This document shows, in pieces, positions 36,779-50,959 of a stretch of 64,000 nucleotides of DNA. The position numbers were made by a program, and so were the translations under genes. Source of the DNA: Squalus acanthias (Eukaryota); assembly GCA_030390025.1 (NCBI GenBank), contig CM059432.1, forward strand, positions 122,576,001 through 122,640,000. The letters are read 5' to 3'. The notes under the pieces are model-generated. The model did not search any database. It saw nothing but the letters and a program-made list of their open reading frames with translations, and was not told where the DNA came from. Numbering within the stretch: position 1 is the stretch's first letter; the number at the start of each line of letters is the position of its first letter.

Positions 36779-39520
36779 TGAGGGTTGTCCTATGAGGAGA
36801 GATTGAGTAGAATGGACCGATACACTCGAGTTTAGAAGAATGAGCGGTGATCTCATTGAAACATAAGATTCTGAGAGGGCTTGACACCCTCGATGCTGAG
36901 AGGTTCTTTCCCTTGGCTAGAGAGTCTAGAACTAGGGGGCATAGTCTCAGGATAAATGGTTGGCCATTTAGGACTAAGATGAGGAGAAATTTCTTCATTC
37001 AGAGGGTTGTAAATCTATGGCATTTTCTACCCTAGAGGGCTGTGGATGCTCAGTCGCTGAGTATATTCAAGGCTTAGATCAATAGATTTTTAGACTCTAA
37101 GGGAATCAAGGGATATGGGGATAGGGCAGGAAAGTGGAGTTGAGGTCGAAGATCAACCATGATATAGGCCTAGTCTCCTCAATCTCTTCTCATAGGACAA
37201 TCCCCCCCCACCCCAGGAATCAGTCTGGTGAACCTTCATTGCACTCCCTCTAAGGCAAGTATATCCTTCCTTCGGTAAGGAGACCAATAACTGTACTCCA
37301 GGTGTGGTATCACCAAGGCCCTATATAATTGCAGTCAGACTTCTTTACTCTTATACTCCAATCCTTTTGAAATAAAGGCCAACATAGCATTTGCTTTCCT
37401 AATTGCTTGCTGTACCTGTATGTTAACTCTCAGTGATTCGTGTACAAGGACACCCAGGTCTCTCTGAATACCAACATTTCCCAATCTCTCACCTTTTAAA
37501 ACATATTCTGCTTTTCTATTTTTCCTACCGAAGTGGATAACATCACATTTCTCCACATTATATTCCATCTGCCATGTTCTTGCCCACTCACTTAACATGC
37601 CTATATCCCTTTGCATCCTCCTCACAACTTACTTTCCCACCTAGCTTTGTATCATCCGCAAACTTGGATATATTACACTCAGTCCCCTCATCTAAGTCAT
37701 TGACATAGATTGTAAATGGCTGAGACCCAAGCACTGATCCTTGTGGTACCCCATTAGTTACAGCCTGCCAACCCGAAAATGACCCGTTTATCCCTACTCT
37801 CTGAACACCTCCATAAAATCTCCCCTTAACCTTCTCTGCTCTAAGGAGAACAATCCCAGCTTCTCTAGTCTCTCCACATAACTGAAGCCTCTCATTCTAG
37901 TAAATCTCCACTGCATCCTCTCCGTGACCTTGACATCCTTCCTAAAGTGTGGTGCCCAGAATTGGACACAATACTCTAGCTGAGGCCTAACTGATGTTTT
38001 ATAAAGGTTTACTATAACTTCCTTGCTTTTGTATTCCATTCCTCTATTTATAAAGCCAAGGATCCCGTATGCTTTTGTTAAATAGCCTTATCAACTTGTC
38101 CTGCCACCTTCAAAGATTTGTATATGTGAACCCCCAGGTTTCTGTTCTTGCACCCCCTTTAAAATTGGACCATTTCATTTATATTGCCTCTCACTTTTCC
38201 TTCTAAAATGCACCACTTTACACTTCTCTACAGTAAATTTAATCTGCTGCGTGTCTGCCCATTTCACCAGTCTGTCTATGTCTTCCTGAAGTTTGCTACT
38301 ATCCTCCTCATTGTTTACTACATTTCCAAGCTTCATGTCATCTGCAAACATTGAAATGATGCCCCCTATACCCAAGCCCAGGTCATTAACATATTAAAAA
38401 GATCAGCAGTCCATATACCGACCCCTGGGAACACCACTGTATACTTCCAGCAGTCTGATAGAAACATAGAAAAATAGGAGCAGGAGTAGGCCATTCGGCC
38501 CTTCGAGCCTGCTCCGCCATTCAATATGTTCATGGCTGATCCTCTATCTCAATACCATATTCCCGCTCTCTCCCCATACCCCTTGATGCCTTTTGTGTCT
38601 AGAAATCTATCTATCTCCTTCTTAAATATATTCAGTGACTTGGCCTCCACAGCCTTCTGTGGTAGAGAATTCCACAGGTTTACCACCCTCGGAGTGAAGA
38701 AATTTCTCCTCATCTCAGTCCTAGATGTCCTACCCCGTATCGTGATACTGTGACGCCTCGTTCTAGACCCCCCAGCCAGGGGAAACATCCTCCCTGCATC
38801 CAGTCTGTCTAGCCCTGTCAGAATTTTATACGTTTCAATGAGATCCCCTCTCATTCTTCTAAACTCTAGTGAATACAGGCCTAGTCGACCCAATCTCTCC
38901 TCATACGACAGTCCTGCTATCCCAGGAATCAGTCTAGTGAACCTTCGCTGCACTCCCTCTGATAAACAATCGTTCACTACTGTCCACTTTGTGCCTCTTA
39001 GCCAATTTTGTATCCAAGCTGCCACTGCCCCTTTAATCCCATTGGCTTCAATTTAGTTAACAAGTCTATTATGTGGCACTTTAACATCTTCCGACAGTCA
39101 TAACATCAACTGCAGTACCTTCATGAACACTCGCCGTTATTTAATTGAAGGACTCAATCAAGTTTGTCAGAAATGATTTGCCTTTAACAAATCCATGTTT
39201 CCTGTCATTTATTAGCCCTTGTTCTTCCAAGTGACTAATAATTTTGTCCCGGATTATAGTCTCTAGAAGGTTCCCCACCACCGACGTTAGGCTGACTTCT
39301 CTTTTGTAAACAGGGGTGTAACATTTGCAACCCTCCAGTCCTCTGGAACCACTCCCATATCCATGGAGGATTGAAAGGTTGTGGCCAAAGCCATCGCTAT
39401 TTCCACCCTTACTTCCCTCAGCAACCTAGGTTGCATCCTATTTGGACCGGGTGACTTTTCTACTTTTGAGCGCTGCCAACCATTTAAGTGCCTCCTCTTT
39501 ATCGGTTTCTATCCTATCCA
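36779..39520. mobile_element. Cluster of at least four CR1 fragments
   Basis: Plus-strand tail 36779-37163; minus-strand pieces 37163-37800 and 37800-39520; the last is split by a younger minus copy 38461-38957 flanked by tctgata (38454-38460, 38958-38964). Confidence 0.88.
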
Positions 39521-40891
39521 ATTTCTCTTACCCCTCTTCCAGTTGAATTGCTTCACCTTGTCCTTTTCCATAACTACTCTAAACCTAATGTTATTTTGAT
39601 CACTGTTTCCCAAATGCTCTTCCACTGAAACATGCTCCACCTGCCCTACTTGGTCACGTAAAAAGTAGAACAGCCTATAGATTTTTCCTTTCAGTTCCTG
39701 ACCAGTTCAGGAACATAATGACATAGTCAAAGGCTGTTTCATAATGTTTTTACCGAATATTTAATTTGATGTTAAGACAAATGTCTAGATTTCCAGATGT
39801 CCTTGATTGAAAGCTAAGGCGGATGATCCATAAAACATTGCTTCCTTTCAAGGGAACTGAAATTTCAATATTGCGTTTTCCAGTATATTGAGGTGCATCG
39901 GTCTGAGAATTGGTCATAATCTAGCAACCTCAACCAACTCAATACGTTAGTGGACTATTAGCTGCTGTTGCTCAAAAGGATGGACATAAAGCAACCAGTG
40001 CTGCGGCACTCACCAAATCGTGCTTTCCGACTATAACTTGAGACTGCGTGAGTGTTGCCACATAGATAACTTACAACTGAGGGCATGGACTGAAAACTTG
40101 ATTTTAGAAAACCTCTCACGGTTACCTTTATTTATATCTGTATTTGCAGGTGTAGCGTCAAGGAACGTCACTGCTGGCTGTAGTTGAGTCACGGCTCTGG
40201 TTAAGAGACGTTTTCAACACTGGTATGAATCACATCCAATGATCAACACAATCGCATCAACCTAGTTCCTGCCAACAATCAATGGTCTCTGTTGCGCAGT
40301 TACGCAGAGGCTGCATAAATTAACGTTAATGACATCTACTCTAGTGCTGGTCAACAGCTCAGTGATTACAGAAGCCCCCAGATTGTGTAGCAGTATGGCT
40401 TGAGCTGGAGATCGCCATGAGTATCCTCTGGCCGTCACTGTGCAATGTGGCTCTATCCATGCGGTCATATTCGATCCTTATTAAGCAACCCTACTTATAC
40501 TCCATTTTCAACACTGAAGTTAATAAAGTCTGCGTTATTTTGAAAATCATGGGCTGTCAGGCAGCAAAAAGACTTTTTATTGCTATCAGTCACTGGGAAG
40601 AAATCACAGTAGGACCTGCAGGTCTGAAAGCACTATGACAGCTACCGAACAAGTGTTCTTGTGCAAACAAACCAACTAGGATTATTGTACCTATACTTTA
40701 AATTTAAAAAAAAGCTGCATTAAAGAAGTGATTTTTAAAAATTATATATTACATTTGTAAATATAGCCAATCTTGCCATCAGTCACAAAAACTCTCTGCT
40801 TTACTCCTTCTAAAATGTGTTATATACCTCAAAAAGATGGCCAGGATGGGGAGACGTTCCTGTCTGGTCCACCAATAGATGAGGTCATTCA

Positions 40892-41053
40892 GAACATAAG
40901 AATATAAGAATTATGATCAGGAGTAGGCCATACGGCCCCTCGAGCCTGCTCCGCCATTCAATAAGATCATGGCTGATCTTCGACCTCAACTCCACTTTCC
41001 TGCCCGATCTCCATATCCTTTGATTTCCCTAGAGTCCAAAAATCTATCTATCT
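40892..41053 (-). mobile_element. CR1 3' tail
   Basis: Very similar to 10293-10440. Confidence 0.85.
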
Positions 41054-41132
41054 TGGTAGAGACAAAGAACTAATGACTCATTTAAAACCAGATAGTTCCT
41101 AGTGCACGCACAGCCATAACAAGAAACCTAAT

Positions 41133-41811
41133 GGCCCGGAATTTGCAGTCCAGAACTGGCAGCGTTCGCAGTCATTCCGCCTTTGAAACTGACCGCAGCT
41201 TCAGGATTGAGCGCATGCGCAGCCTAACGCGGATATCCTGAAGTTGTGGTCTGTCATTCACTGCTCCGACACTGGCTGCGCTGTGGACCCACACAACCAC
41301 CCCCCAGCTCTTTCGCAGTAAATACTCGTGTAGAAGTTAGACCCTTTTGGATTAGGTGAAACTGGGGTTTTAACAGTGCAATGACTGCTAAACAAATGTT
41401 ATGGCCCTGAAAAACTAATTTTAATTTTGTGCAGTGTCAAATTTATTCATTTTAATAAAATTTGAATTTAAGAAACTTTTAAAAAATAATTAAAAGAAAA
41501 GTTTGTTCATCTTTATTTCAGGTTTGCCTTTTCCCCGTGCGAGGGCCCCAGTCTTTGTTTTGCTTAAAAGTTAGAATTTTAAGAGCTTGCCCACTTCCTG
41601 GTTCGCTGTCTGTGAGAATTCTGCCTTTTGATTGGTTGCTTCGACAGCCTGTTGATGGTCACAGCAGCTCTTTGCACATGGGAATCCCCATTAAATTACG
41701 CATCGGAAAACCCGAACTTCTCGACGCAGGGATCGCGAGATCTTTGTGGGACGCTGACTTCGGGGCCAGCGGCGAACGCCTCTGTTTCGCCGCTGACGGC
41801 AGATTCCGGGC
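41133..41811. mobile_element. Harbinger-like MITE
   Basis: TIRs ggcccggaatttgc / gcagattccgggc with aat on both flanks; CpG-rich arms and an AT-rich core. Confidence 0.7.
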
Positions 41812-44164
41812 AATGGTCTCCGTCTGCTGGCCCCACAGGCGCCAGGTGCTCAACATTTACAAAAGCATCGTTTTAGTACATTTGGCATCAAAAATATTGA
41901 GATGTTTACACCAAGATTTTTCTTGTGAGTAGCAGCAAAAGCCAGCAATTCAGAAAGCACTTTTTGACTTTCTGTTGATAAACCAGAGAATGGGAGCTTA
42001 TTACCCACAGTTGCTGCATTAACAAAATACCCGCAAAAAAAAAATCAGAATTCATTTATACAGACTTTGTAATCGAGACTAAAACTAGAAATTATTTCAG
42101 GAACAAAACAGACTATTAACTAATCATACACTGGGTAAAAATACTACAGAGGAACACTGGAGGCATCAGAAATTTTCATTTTGTTTTGACACTGATGTAA
42201 CTTCTCCTTTTGCTAACTCGAAATTCTTGTAAGAAAGCTGGATGGAAATATTCATGTGCTCAGTCAGAAAAAAATGATTTTTTTTCCCCCCTTTAATCTG
42301 AGTTTTAATGATTTTCTGTATGGTAGCATTTGGTGCAATATTATAGGATTCTTACAATGAACAGATAAAGGCTTAGGGGCAGGAAAAGGCCATTTCATTG
42401 GCCCCACAAACCTTCCCCTTTGTATTATGTTAATCTTTGTAAGTATTGTAAATAGATGGAGAGTAAATCCTCAGCACAGTGTCTGTCTGCCATCCAAAGT
42501 CCAAGTTATCACCTCAAATTGAAACTTGCAAGTAAAACTGCACATTGTAATCTAATGGTGTTTAACAGACTCGGCACCAAATGCTGTAACACAAAGTGGC
42601 AAAAATACAGCATATACAGGACTGGTCATTTCCAGTCTTTACTTTCCTATATTCAATCTGTTAAGTATGCTATTATCCTTTGATAATGTCAGCACAGATT
42701 CCCCTGCACAAAACTAATGTTTCAAGTAAAAAAAAAAGTCAAGCAATTCAAGCACTTGTAAAGGAAACCCAGACACTTGAATGTCACAAGTTACTTATGA
42801 AAGTTGGCACTGATTCAGATTCATTAGAACACTTCTAAATCTTCAATAATGTAAGAAAAATCACAACAAAATTTGACACCATATATATTGTAATGCATTA
42901 TAAATAATTTTTAGTCATCTTCACAAAACACCTTCAATGGTAATGAAGGTAGCCATGATATATATATTTTTTTTAAATGACCGATTTAATATTTCATACG
43001 ACCTTGTTGCTTAACTCCAGAAGATGAAAGGTTTAAAAATCAACTATCGCAGACCTCAGACTCACAGGTGAATCATCAGGGTTCAAGAGTAAATGTAATT
43101 TACTTAAGTCTTCTTCCTCTTAACACTGTCTGCTGCACTCTAGAACCCTCCACAAGCAAGCCTCCTGTTATAACAAGAGCCAAGCGTGCAGCTGCATCAC
43201 TTCATCAGAACCAGATACGCAGTCATGTTACGCTGCAATTCTACCTCCACAATTGATCTTGCCAGTCTACTTTTCAATTTGGGTCAGAGTTCCTCAACGT
43301 ACCACAGATGGTCAGAGAGTCACTAGTTTCACTTCCCCTTTAAGCTGTCTCACATGCTGCAGTCATGAGATTTTCAGAATTTATTGTTATTGGGAAGTGC
43401 TACATACTGCAACTTGTAGTCAAATGAAATCTTCTTCACATAATTTACAACTGTCCTGAGCGACAATTTTGTTACATACATGTAAAAGTACTACAGTTAT
43501 ATTAATGTAGAATATTCTGACCTCTTGACCAGGATGTGGCATTTGAAGGAGAGAATGTGGGCAGGGGATGAAAGAAATAGAAATCATGGAAAAAAGTTTG
43601 AGTTCTTAAAATCCATGTAAACTATGACATGTGATAATAGAAACAAGCAATTTTAAACTGCGACCCCACCTTTACAGTGAAGTCAGCTGTAGGCCTGGTC
43701 AAAATAAGACTTGCATTTCAAAAACAATCAAAAAAGTGAGCACAAGTTCACATTTTAGATAACCCCAAGAAATTAAAAAGGGAAAACATTTCTCATGTTT
43801 CGTGGCAACTCACACTACACTATAGTGAAGCCCTAGTGCTATCCCTGATGCTCTTGAAATTATTTTACACACTCAACATATTTTAAAAAAATGTAAGCAC
43901 AATGTCAACAGTAAAGTGAACCGGAATGCAGCTGCTATGAAGTCATTGTACAAGATCTCTGATTCTTTACTTTCTTCTATTTTTAAAGTTACTGATGCAA
44001 GCAGTCGCATTTCTAAACTTTGTTCACACATACCACTTCAAAACTGATGCAATCATTGACTCAAACATGCTACACTTTCTGAAGTAGCTTTAAATCTGCA
44101 TGTTGCAATCCCCGCTTTCGCCTGTAACTTCACACACATCCATCAGCAATCATTATACACACGA

Positions 44165-44780
44165 TAACTCGAGATGGAGGCCATTCAGCCCATCTTAATT
44201 CATCCATCCAAACAGATGATAATATCAACCCCATTGCCACATCCAATTGTTTCTTAAATTATTTCCAAGTTTTTGCCTCCACTACTCTAACTGGAAGTTT
44301 ATTCCACATATTGACTACACTTTGCGTGAATTTTTTCCCCTGATATCAGTCCTAAAATTACTTTTTATTAGTTTGAACCTATGTTCCCTAGTTCTACTCC
44401 TGCAGTCTAAAAGTAATGTAATATTCTGGATTAACTTTTTTCATACCCTAAACAACATTGTAGATCCCTGTAACATTACCTCTCAGATGCCTTCTTTCGA
44501 AACTGAATAGCCCAAGTTTCTCCATACTTTCCCTATCAGCCTTGTTGCTCTTCTCTGCACTGCCTCCAAGACTTGAATGTCTCTCTGGTTTCTTGGCAAC
44601 AAAACTGGACACAGTATTAAAGGTGCGGTCTAATCAGAGCAATCTAAGGTTTGATCATTACTTTCTCTGAATTATATCCTATTGTTTTGGCTGTTTAGTT
44701 CAATATCCTATTGGCTTTGTTGATTGCTGTCTGCATTTGTTGGACATATGTGGCATCGAGTTTACTAAAACTACTAGATG
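44165..44780 (-). mobile_element. Old CR1 fragment (probably continuing at 48140-48850)
   Basis: CR1 tail gatggaggccattcagcccatc and a decayed ORF2 C-terminus; FQKAFDK motif near 48240. Confidence 0.65.
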
Positions 44781-44924
44781 TCAGCCGTCTCGGAGTCAGA
44801 AGGTTACGGGTTCACGTCCCACTCCATAGACTTGAGCACAAAATCCAAGCTGACACTCTAGTGCAGTACTAAGGGAGTGCTGCACTGCTGAAGATGCTGT
44901 CTTTCAGATGAAAAGTTAAACATG

Positions 44925-47872
44925 ACCTCCTGCCTTCAACTGTCTCGTCCCCACTCTCCCACCATTGGTCACCCGACACGTTCATCCTTGTGGCCCACTG
45001 CCTTCCCACATCAATTGGAAAGCAAATCGACTATTTCTTTGTTCCAGTCCTACTCAAGTCTCCGCCCTCTTTTTCCGATACACTGATGACTGTATTGGTG
45101 CCGTTTTCACCCTTCCCTCACCTTCACATGGTCCATCTCCGACTCTTCCATTCCCTTCCTCGACTTCTCTGTCTCCATTTCTGGGGATAGACTATCAACC
45201 AATATCCACCATAAGCCCACCGACTCCTACAGCTACCCTGACTACACTTCCTCCCCCCTCACTTCCTGTAAGGACTGTATTCCTTTCTCCCAGTTTCTCC
45301 ATCTCCGTCGCAGCTGTTTTGATGATGCCACCTTTCATACCAGTGCTTCAGAGATGTCTTCCCTTTTCCTCAACCGAGGATTCTCCTCCACTGTGGATGA
45401 CATGGCCCTCGATCGTGTCTGTTGCATTTCCCGCACTTCTGCTCTCACCCCTTCCCTTCCCCTCCCAGAACCACGATAGGGTTCCCCTTGTCCTCACCAC
45501 CTACCTCACCAGCCTCCACATTCAACTGATCATCCTCCGCCATTTCCACCACCTCCAGCGTGATCCCACCACCAAACACATCTTCCCCTTCAGCATTCCG
45601 AAGGGACCGTTCTCTCCACGACACCCTGGTCCACTCCCAACATCCCCTCCCCTTCCCATGGCACCTTCCCATGCAAGCGCATACCTCCTCCCTTCCCACC
45701 GTCCATGGCCCCAAACAGTCCTTCCAGGTGAAACAGCGATTTACTTGTAATGTGGGAGAGGTGCCTGAGGATTGGAAAGTGGCAAATGTGACACCATTGT
45801 TCAAGAAAGGGTGTAAGGACAATCCTAGTAACTACAGGCCAGTCAGTTTAACATCAGTGGTGGGTAAAGTTTTAGAAACAATAATCAAGGAAAAAATTAA
45901 CGGGCACTTCGAGAGGTTTAAGCTAATTAAGGAGAGCTAACACGGGATTTGTAAAAGGCAGATCATGTTTGACTAATCTAATTGAATTTTTTTAATGAAG
46001 TAACAGGGAGGATCGATGAAGGGAATGCAATGGATGTTGTCTACATGGATTTTAGGAAGGCATTTGACAAAGTACCACATAGAAGGCTGGTTAACAAAAT
46101 TGAGGCTCATGGAATAGGTGGGTCAGTGGCAGCTTGGATAAGGAATTGGCTTAAGGACAGAAAACAGCTAGTTGTGGTAAATGGCTGTTTTTCAGACTGG
46201 AGGATGGTAGACAGTGGTCTTCCCCAAGGGTCAGTGCTGGGGCCACTGCTTTTTTTGATATATAATAAATGACCTGGATATTGGAATACAGAGTAGAATT
46301 TCTAAATTTGCCGATGACACCAAATTTGGGGATGTGGCAAACAGTGAGGATGATACCAATCGACTGCAACAGGACATAGAAAGGCTAGCAGAATAGGCAG
46401 ATGGAATTTAATACAGAGAAGTGTGAGGTGATGCATTTTGGCAGAAGGAACAGGGAGAGGCAATATACACTTTATGGCACAGTTTTAAAGAGTGTGCAGG
46501 GACAGAGGGACCTGGGAGTTAATGTGCAGAGGTCCCTGAAGGTGGCAGGACATATTGAGAGAGTGGTTAGCAAAGCATATGGGATCTTGGGTTTCATAAA
46601 GAGAGATATTGAGTACAATGCAGAGAAGTTATGCTGAATCTTTATAAAGCGCTGGTTAGGCCACAACTGGAGTATTGCGTCCAGTTCTGGTCACCATACT
46701 TTAGGAAGGATGTGAAGGCCCTTGAGAGGGTGCAGAGGAGATTTACCAGAATGGTTCCGGGTATAGGGGATCTTAGCAACAAGGACAGGTTGGAGAAGCT
46801 GGATTTGTTTTCATTAGAGCAAAGGATGTTGAGGGGTGATTTGATAGAGGTGTACAAGATTATGACGGGTTTGGATAGGCTAGACAGGGAAAGGCTGTTC
46901 CCACTAGTTGATGGTACAAGGACTAAGGGACACAGATTTAAGGTTTTGGGCAAGAGATACAGGGGGGATGTGAGGAAAAACTTTTTTTACGCAGCGAATG
47001 GTGAGGACCTGGAACTCACTGCCGACGGAAGTGGTGGAAGCGGACACACTCAATGTTTTCAAGGGGAGACTGGATAGGCACTTGAGGGAAATAAACTTGC
47101 GGGGCTACGGGGATAGAGCGGGGGAATGGGAATGACTGCAGAGAGCCAGTACGGACTCGATGGGCCGAATGGCCTCCTTCTGTGCCGTTATGACTCTATG
47201 ACTCTTTCAATTTAGTAAACTGTTATTCGCTGCTTACGATGCGGTCTCCTCTACATTGGGGAGACCAAACACAGACTGGGTGACCGCTTTGCGGAAAACC
47301 CCGAGCTTCCGGTCACTTGTCATTTTAATTCTCCACCCCACTCCACTCCCACCTCTCTGTCCTCGACCTCCTACAATGTTCCAATGTAGCTCAACGCAAG
47401 CTCGAGGAATAGCACCTCATCTTTCGATTAGGCACTTTACAGGCTTCTGAACTCAACATCGAGTTCAACAATTTCAGACTATAACCTCGATCCCCATTTT
47501 TTCGGATGGCAGGGGATGATGATTCTGCTATTCCCATTTATACCTCCTCTGGTCCCATCTTTTGTTTCTTTACTTGTCCCATTACCATCTCCTTTTGCCT
47601 TGCACCATCATCCCTTTTGTCATTTAATCCCTCCTGCTTTCCACCCAATCACAGACCTTTCCTTTTGTTCTTTCCTTCCCTCCCCCCTTTCCCTGCCTCT
47701 GCACATGCTTAAAATCTGTTACATCTCTAACCTTTTCCAGTTCTGACAAAAGATCATTGACCTGAAACGTTAACTCTGTTTCTCTCTCCACAGATGCTTC
47801 CTGACCTGCTGAGTATTTCCAGCATTTTCTGTTCTTATTTCAGATTCCCAGCATCCGCAATATTTTGCTTTT
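44925..47872 (+). mobile_element. Penelope-like element (RT C-terminus plus GIY-YIG), split by CR1
   Basis: FFRYTDDCIGA RT motif, HKPTDSYSY, DRVPLVLT; GIY-YIG region QVKQRFTC...CGLLYIGETKHRLGDRFAE split at 45749/47205; terminal repeat 47700-47872. Confidence 0.85.
45750..47204 (+). mobile_element. CR1 3' half inserted in the Penelope element
   Basis: PEDWKVANVTPLFKKG, DFRKAFDKV, FADDTK, RPQLEYCVQFWSP; tail tatgactctatgactct. Confidence 0.92.
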
Positions 47873-48282
47873 ACATTACTCATTACCCAACTGGATGATT
47901 CTTGACTATCTTTTTTTTCCCCATCTCAGTATTTGTTATAATAAATGAAAGTACTCAGAGACAACGAAAAAAAAATTCCACTTTTTTTTAATGCCCCCAT
48001 GATTTTTCTCTCAGGGTTGCTCACAGCAATGTCCTGGAGATTAATCTTTAATTCATGGTGCCTCCAGGAGAGAGTTAGCAACCCTAGAGGCACCCCACTC
48101 GGGACTGCCCCGCACTCCAACATAGCTCCTCTGACAACTGATGGTTATTTAATACCCTGCAGCTAATTTCTTACCCATTCCCAAGGTTCAACCTGTAGCC
48201 GCAAGGCTTTGAGTTAAAATAATAGCCTTTTGAGTGGAGCTTTATCGAAAGCTTTTTGAAAGTTAGGATGCATCATTAAGTG

Positions 48283-48737
48283 TAGCCGTGGCTCAGTGGG
48301 TAGCACCCTCGTCTCTGAGTCAGAAGGTTGTGGGTTCAAGTCCCACTCCAGAGACTTGAGCACAAAAATCTAGGCTGACACTCCAGTGCAGTGCTGAGGG
48401 AACGCTGCACTGTTGGAGGTGCCGTCTTTTGGATGAGATGTCTGCTCTTCCAGGTGGACGTAAAAGATCCCATGGCACTATTTCGAAGAAGAGCAGGGGA
48501 GTTCTCCCAGTGTCCTGGCCAATATTTATCCCTCAATCAACATCACTAAAAACAGATTATCTGGTCATTGTCACATTGCTGGTTGTGGGAGCTTGCTGTG
48601 CACAAATTGGCTGTCGAGTTTCCTACATTACAACAGTGCCTACACTTCAAAAGTACTTCACTGGCTATAAAGCGCTTTGGGACCTCCTGAGGTCGTGAAA
48701 GGCGCTATATAAATGTAAGTCATTCTTTCTTTCTTTT
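48283..48737 (+). mobile_element. Deu-domain tRNA-SINE (SacSINE1-like), near complete
   Basis: A/B boxes, conserved body and tail ggcgctatataaatgtaagtc(ttct)n; inserted in an old CR1. Confidence 0.87.
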
Positions 48738-49717
48738 CACATCATAGGTTATGCCACAGTCCACTTGGGTTGTCACTTCCTGAAAAAAGTTGCGGAGGTT
48801 AGTCAGGCAGGTTCTTCCCCCTCCTGAATTCACACTGACCGCTGATAACTAGACTACTGTTGTACAACAGTGCTTTGTCTCTCCCCTTCCCCAAGACACA
48901 CACTTCTCAAACATTTACTGCAATTTAACATTTTCAAACTGCAGCAACATCTGAACAATGAGCCTTTATAAATGTTATATTGCCAATGAAGTTAAAGTTG
49001 TTATAAGCTTTACTCTGACAAGCTAATTACATTTAAATGCCTTTCATTAGCAGTCAATTTAAATTCACACTAACATAGAAAAAAACATATAACCAGACGA
49101 TGAAAGTCTTTACCTTTAATGTTTTCACCTATTGCCACGGTCTTCAGGCTCAAAGTATTTACTTTCCCGTGCAATTCTGAACAACTTTTATCTGCTTAAC
49201 TGAACAAAGACTTTACAGCCACCTGAAAAGATTTCCTGGTAATAGTGATATAAGCCATTTCAACACATTATATACATGTGGCGAAATCTGCAAACAGCAA
49301 TATAGATTCTGTGTTACCAATCAAAAGAGGAGGTAAGAAAACAAGACTCAATTAATAATAAACACACACAGGATGTAAAAAAAAGTACTCAATTCTCAAC
49401 ACTTTCGGAGATCAGCATGATTCGGAGTACGAGTTTTTAGGAGGAGCACAGCATCTGCTTTATTAACAATATTAATGATTTAACAACATGTTCAACCATT
49501 AAGTTATGGTATAAACAGACTAACATTTGTATATCAGTTCTCGTCTGTGCTCCTGAAGGCACACCCGAGGAACCATTACATTTTCACGCTACATAAACTG
49601 GTCAACAAATTACACACTGCAAACCTCAACAAGGTGACAGTCAGTGGAGCGTAAATACTCTACTTTTGCAGTTGTGGAAATGTTATTGCTGCATCAAAAA
49701 ATATATATAAAACTCAG

Positions 49718-50292
49718 AAATGTAGTTAACAGTGATGTGGATAGTATCCAATTTCAGGAGGACATAGACAGACTGGTGAAATGGGCAGACAGATGGCAGG
49801 TGCAATTTTAACGCAGAGAAGTGTGACGTGATGCCCTTTGGAAGGGAGAATAAGGAGAGGCAATATAAACAAAATGGTACAACTTTAAAGGGGGTGCAGG
49901 AACAGAGAGACCTGGGGATTTATGTACACAAATCTTTGAAGGTGGCAGGACAAGTTGATAAAGATGTTAAAAAAAGTAGATGGGATCCTGGGCTTTACAG
50001 ATAGAGGCATATAGTACAAAAGCAAAGAAGTAACGCTGAACCTTTATAAATCACTGGTTAGGCCTCAGGTGGAGTATTGTGTCCAATTCTGGCCTTGGAG
50101 AAGGTGCAGAGGAGATTTACCAGAATGGTACCAGGGACGAGGGTCTTCACATATGTGGAGAGACTAGAGAAGCTTTGATTGTTCACATTAGAGCAAAGAA
50201 GGTTAAGGGAAGATTTGATCGGTATTCAAAATTATGAAAAGGTACGATGGGCCGAATGGCCTCCTTCTGTGCTTTAAGATTCTATGATTCTA
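49718..50292 (+). mobile_element. CR1 3' fragment with internal deletions
   Basis: QEDIDRLVKWADRWQ, RPQVEYCVQFW; tail ttctatgattcta. Confidence 0.85.
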
Positions 50293-50959
50293 CAAGGTGA
50301 CAGTTACCAACGTCATTAGAGAACAGAGTTAATATTAATGAGACAATGGGGTTAATGTAAGCACCAAGGGAAATAAACCACAGCTTTAGATCACTAAGTT
50401 TAATTCAGCAATGTGAAAATTTAATAAGATTTGGTTTTGTATCTCACCAGGAATGCCATTTTGAGCTAATCGTGAAAGGATGGTAGTCTACAAGACAAAA
50501 TCCACCAGATAACTAAACCTTTTGAATTCCACTACCAATGAACCAGGGCAAAGTCCCTCCCACCACCATTCACAATTCACCAAAGAGCGAAATTAGCACT
50601 GAAAGCCAATAAAGACAAGTTTAAAGACAAATATTTCAAAATTAGTTACAGCCAATGTAATGATATCAAGACAGGGTTTCAGCCACTAACTTGTGTTGCT
50701 GAAGTTAGAAATGGCGGACATAAATACACAATTATGATTGCACAATAAGTGTTTCTAAAAATGCTGCACAGCTGAGACGTGAAGTCCTGGACCATTAGGA
50801 AAAGGCAGTAAGAAATGTTACGCCTGGGTACATTTATATTGATACGTTGTTGAGCTGTTTTAAAAGTAAGTGCTGTGGTAACATTACAGTTGTACTTTTT
50901 AAAGATGTAATTAATGAAAATAAATCACTGTTGCAGCTCACAATAATTTTCTACAATGG

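Noticed and set aside
44965..45750. 261-aa ORF
   Set aside because: Mostly an off-frame read of the decayed Penelope element.
49110..49235. Possible extra 5' UTR exon of SOCS6 (ttttcag|gtgg...aaag|gtaaag)
   Set aside because: Splice motifs only; such pairs are expected by chance in a long intron.
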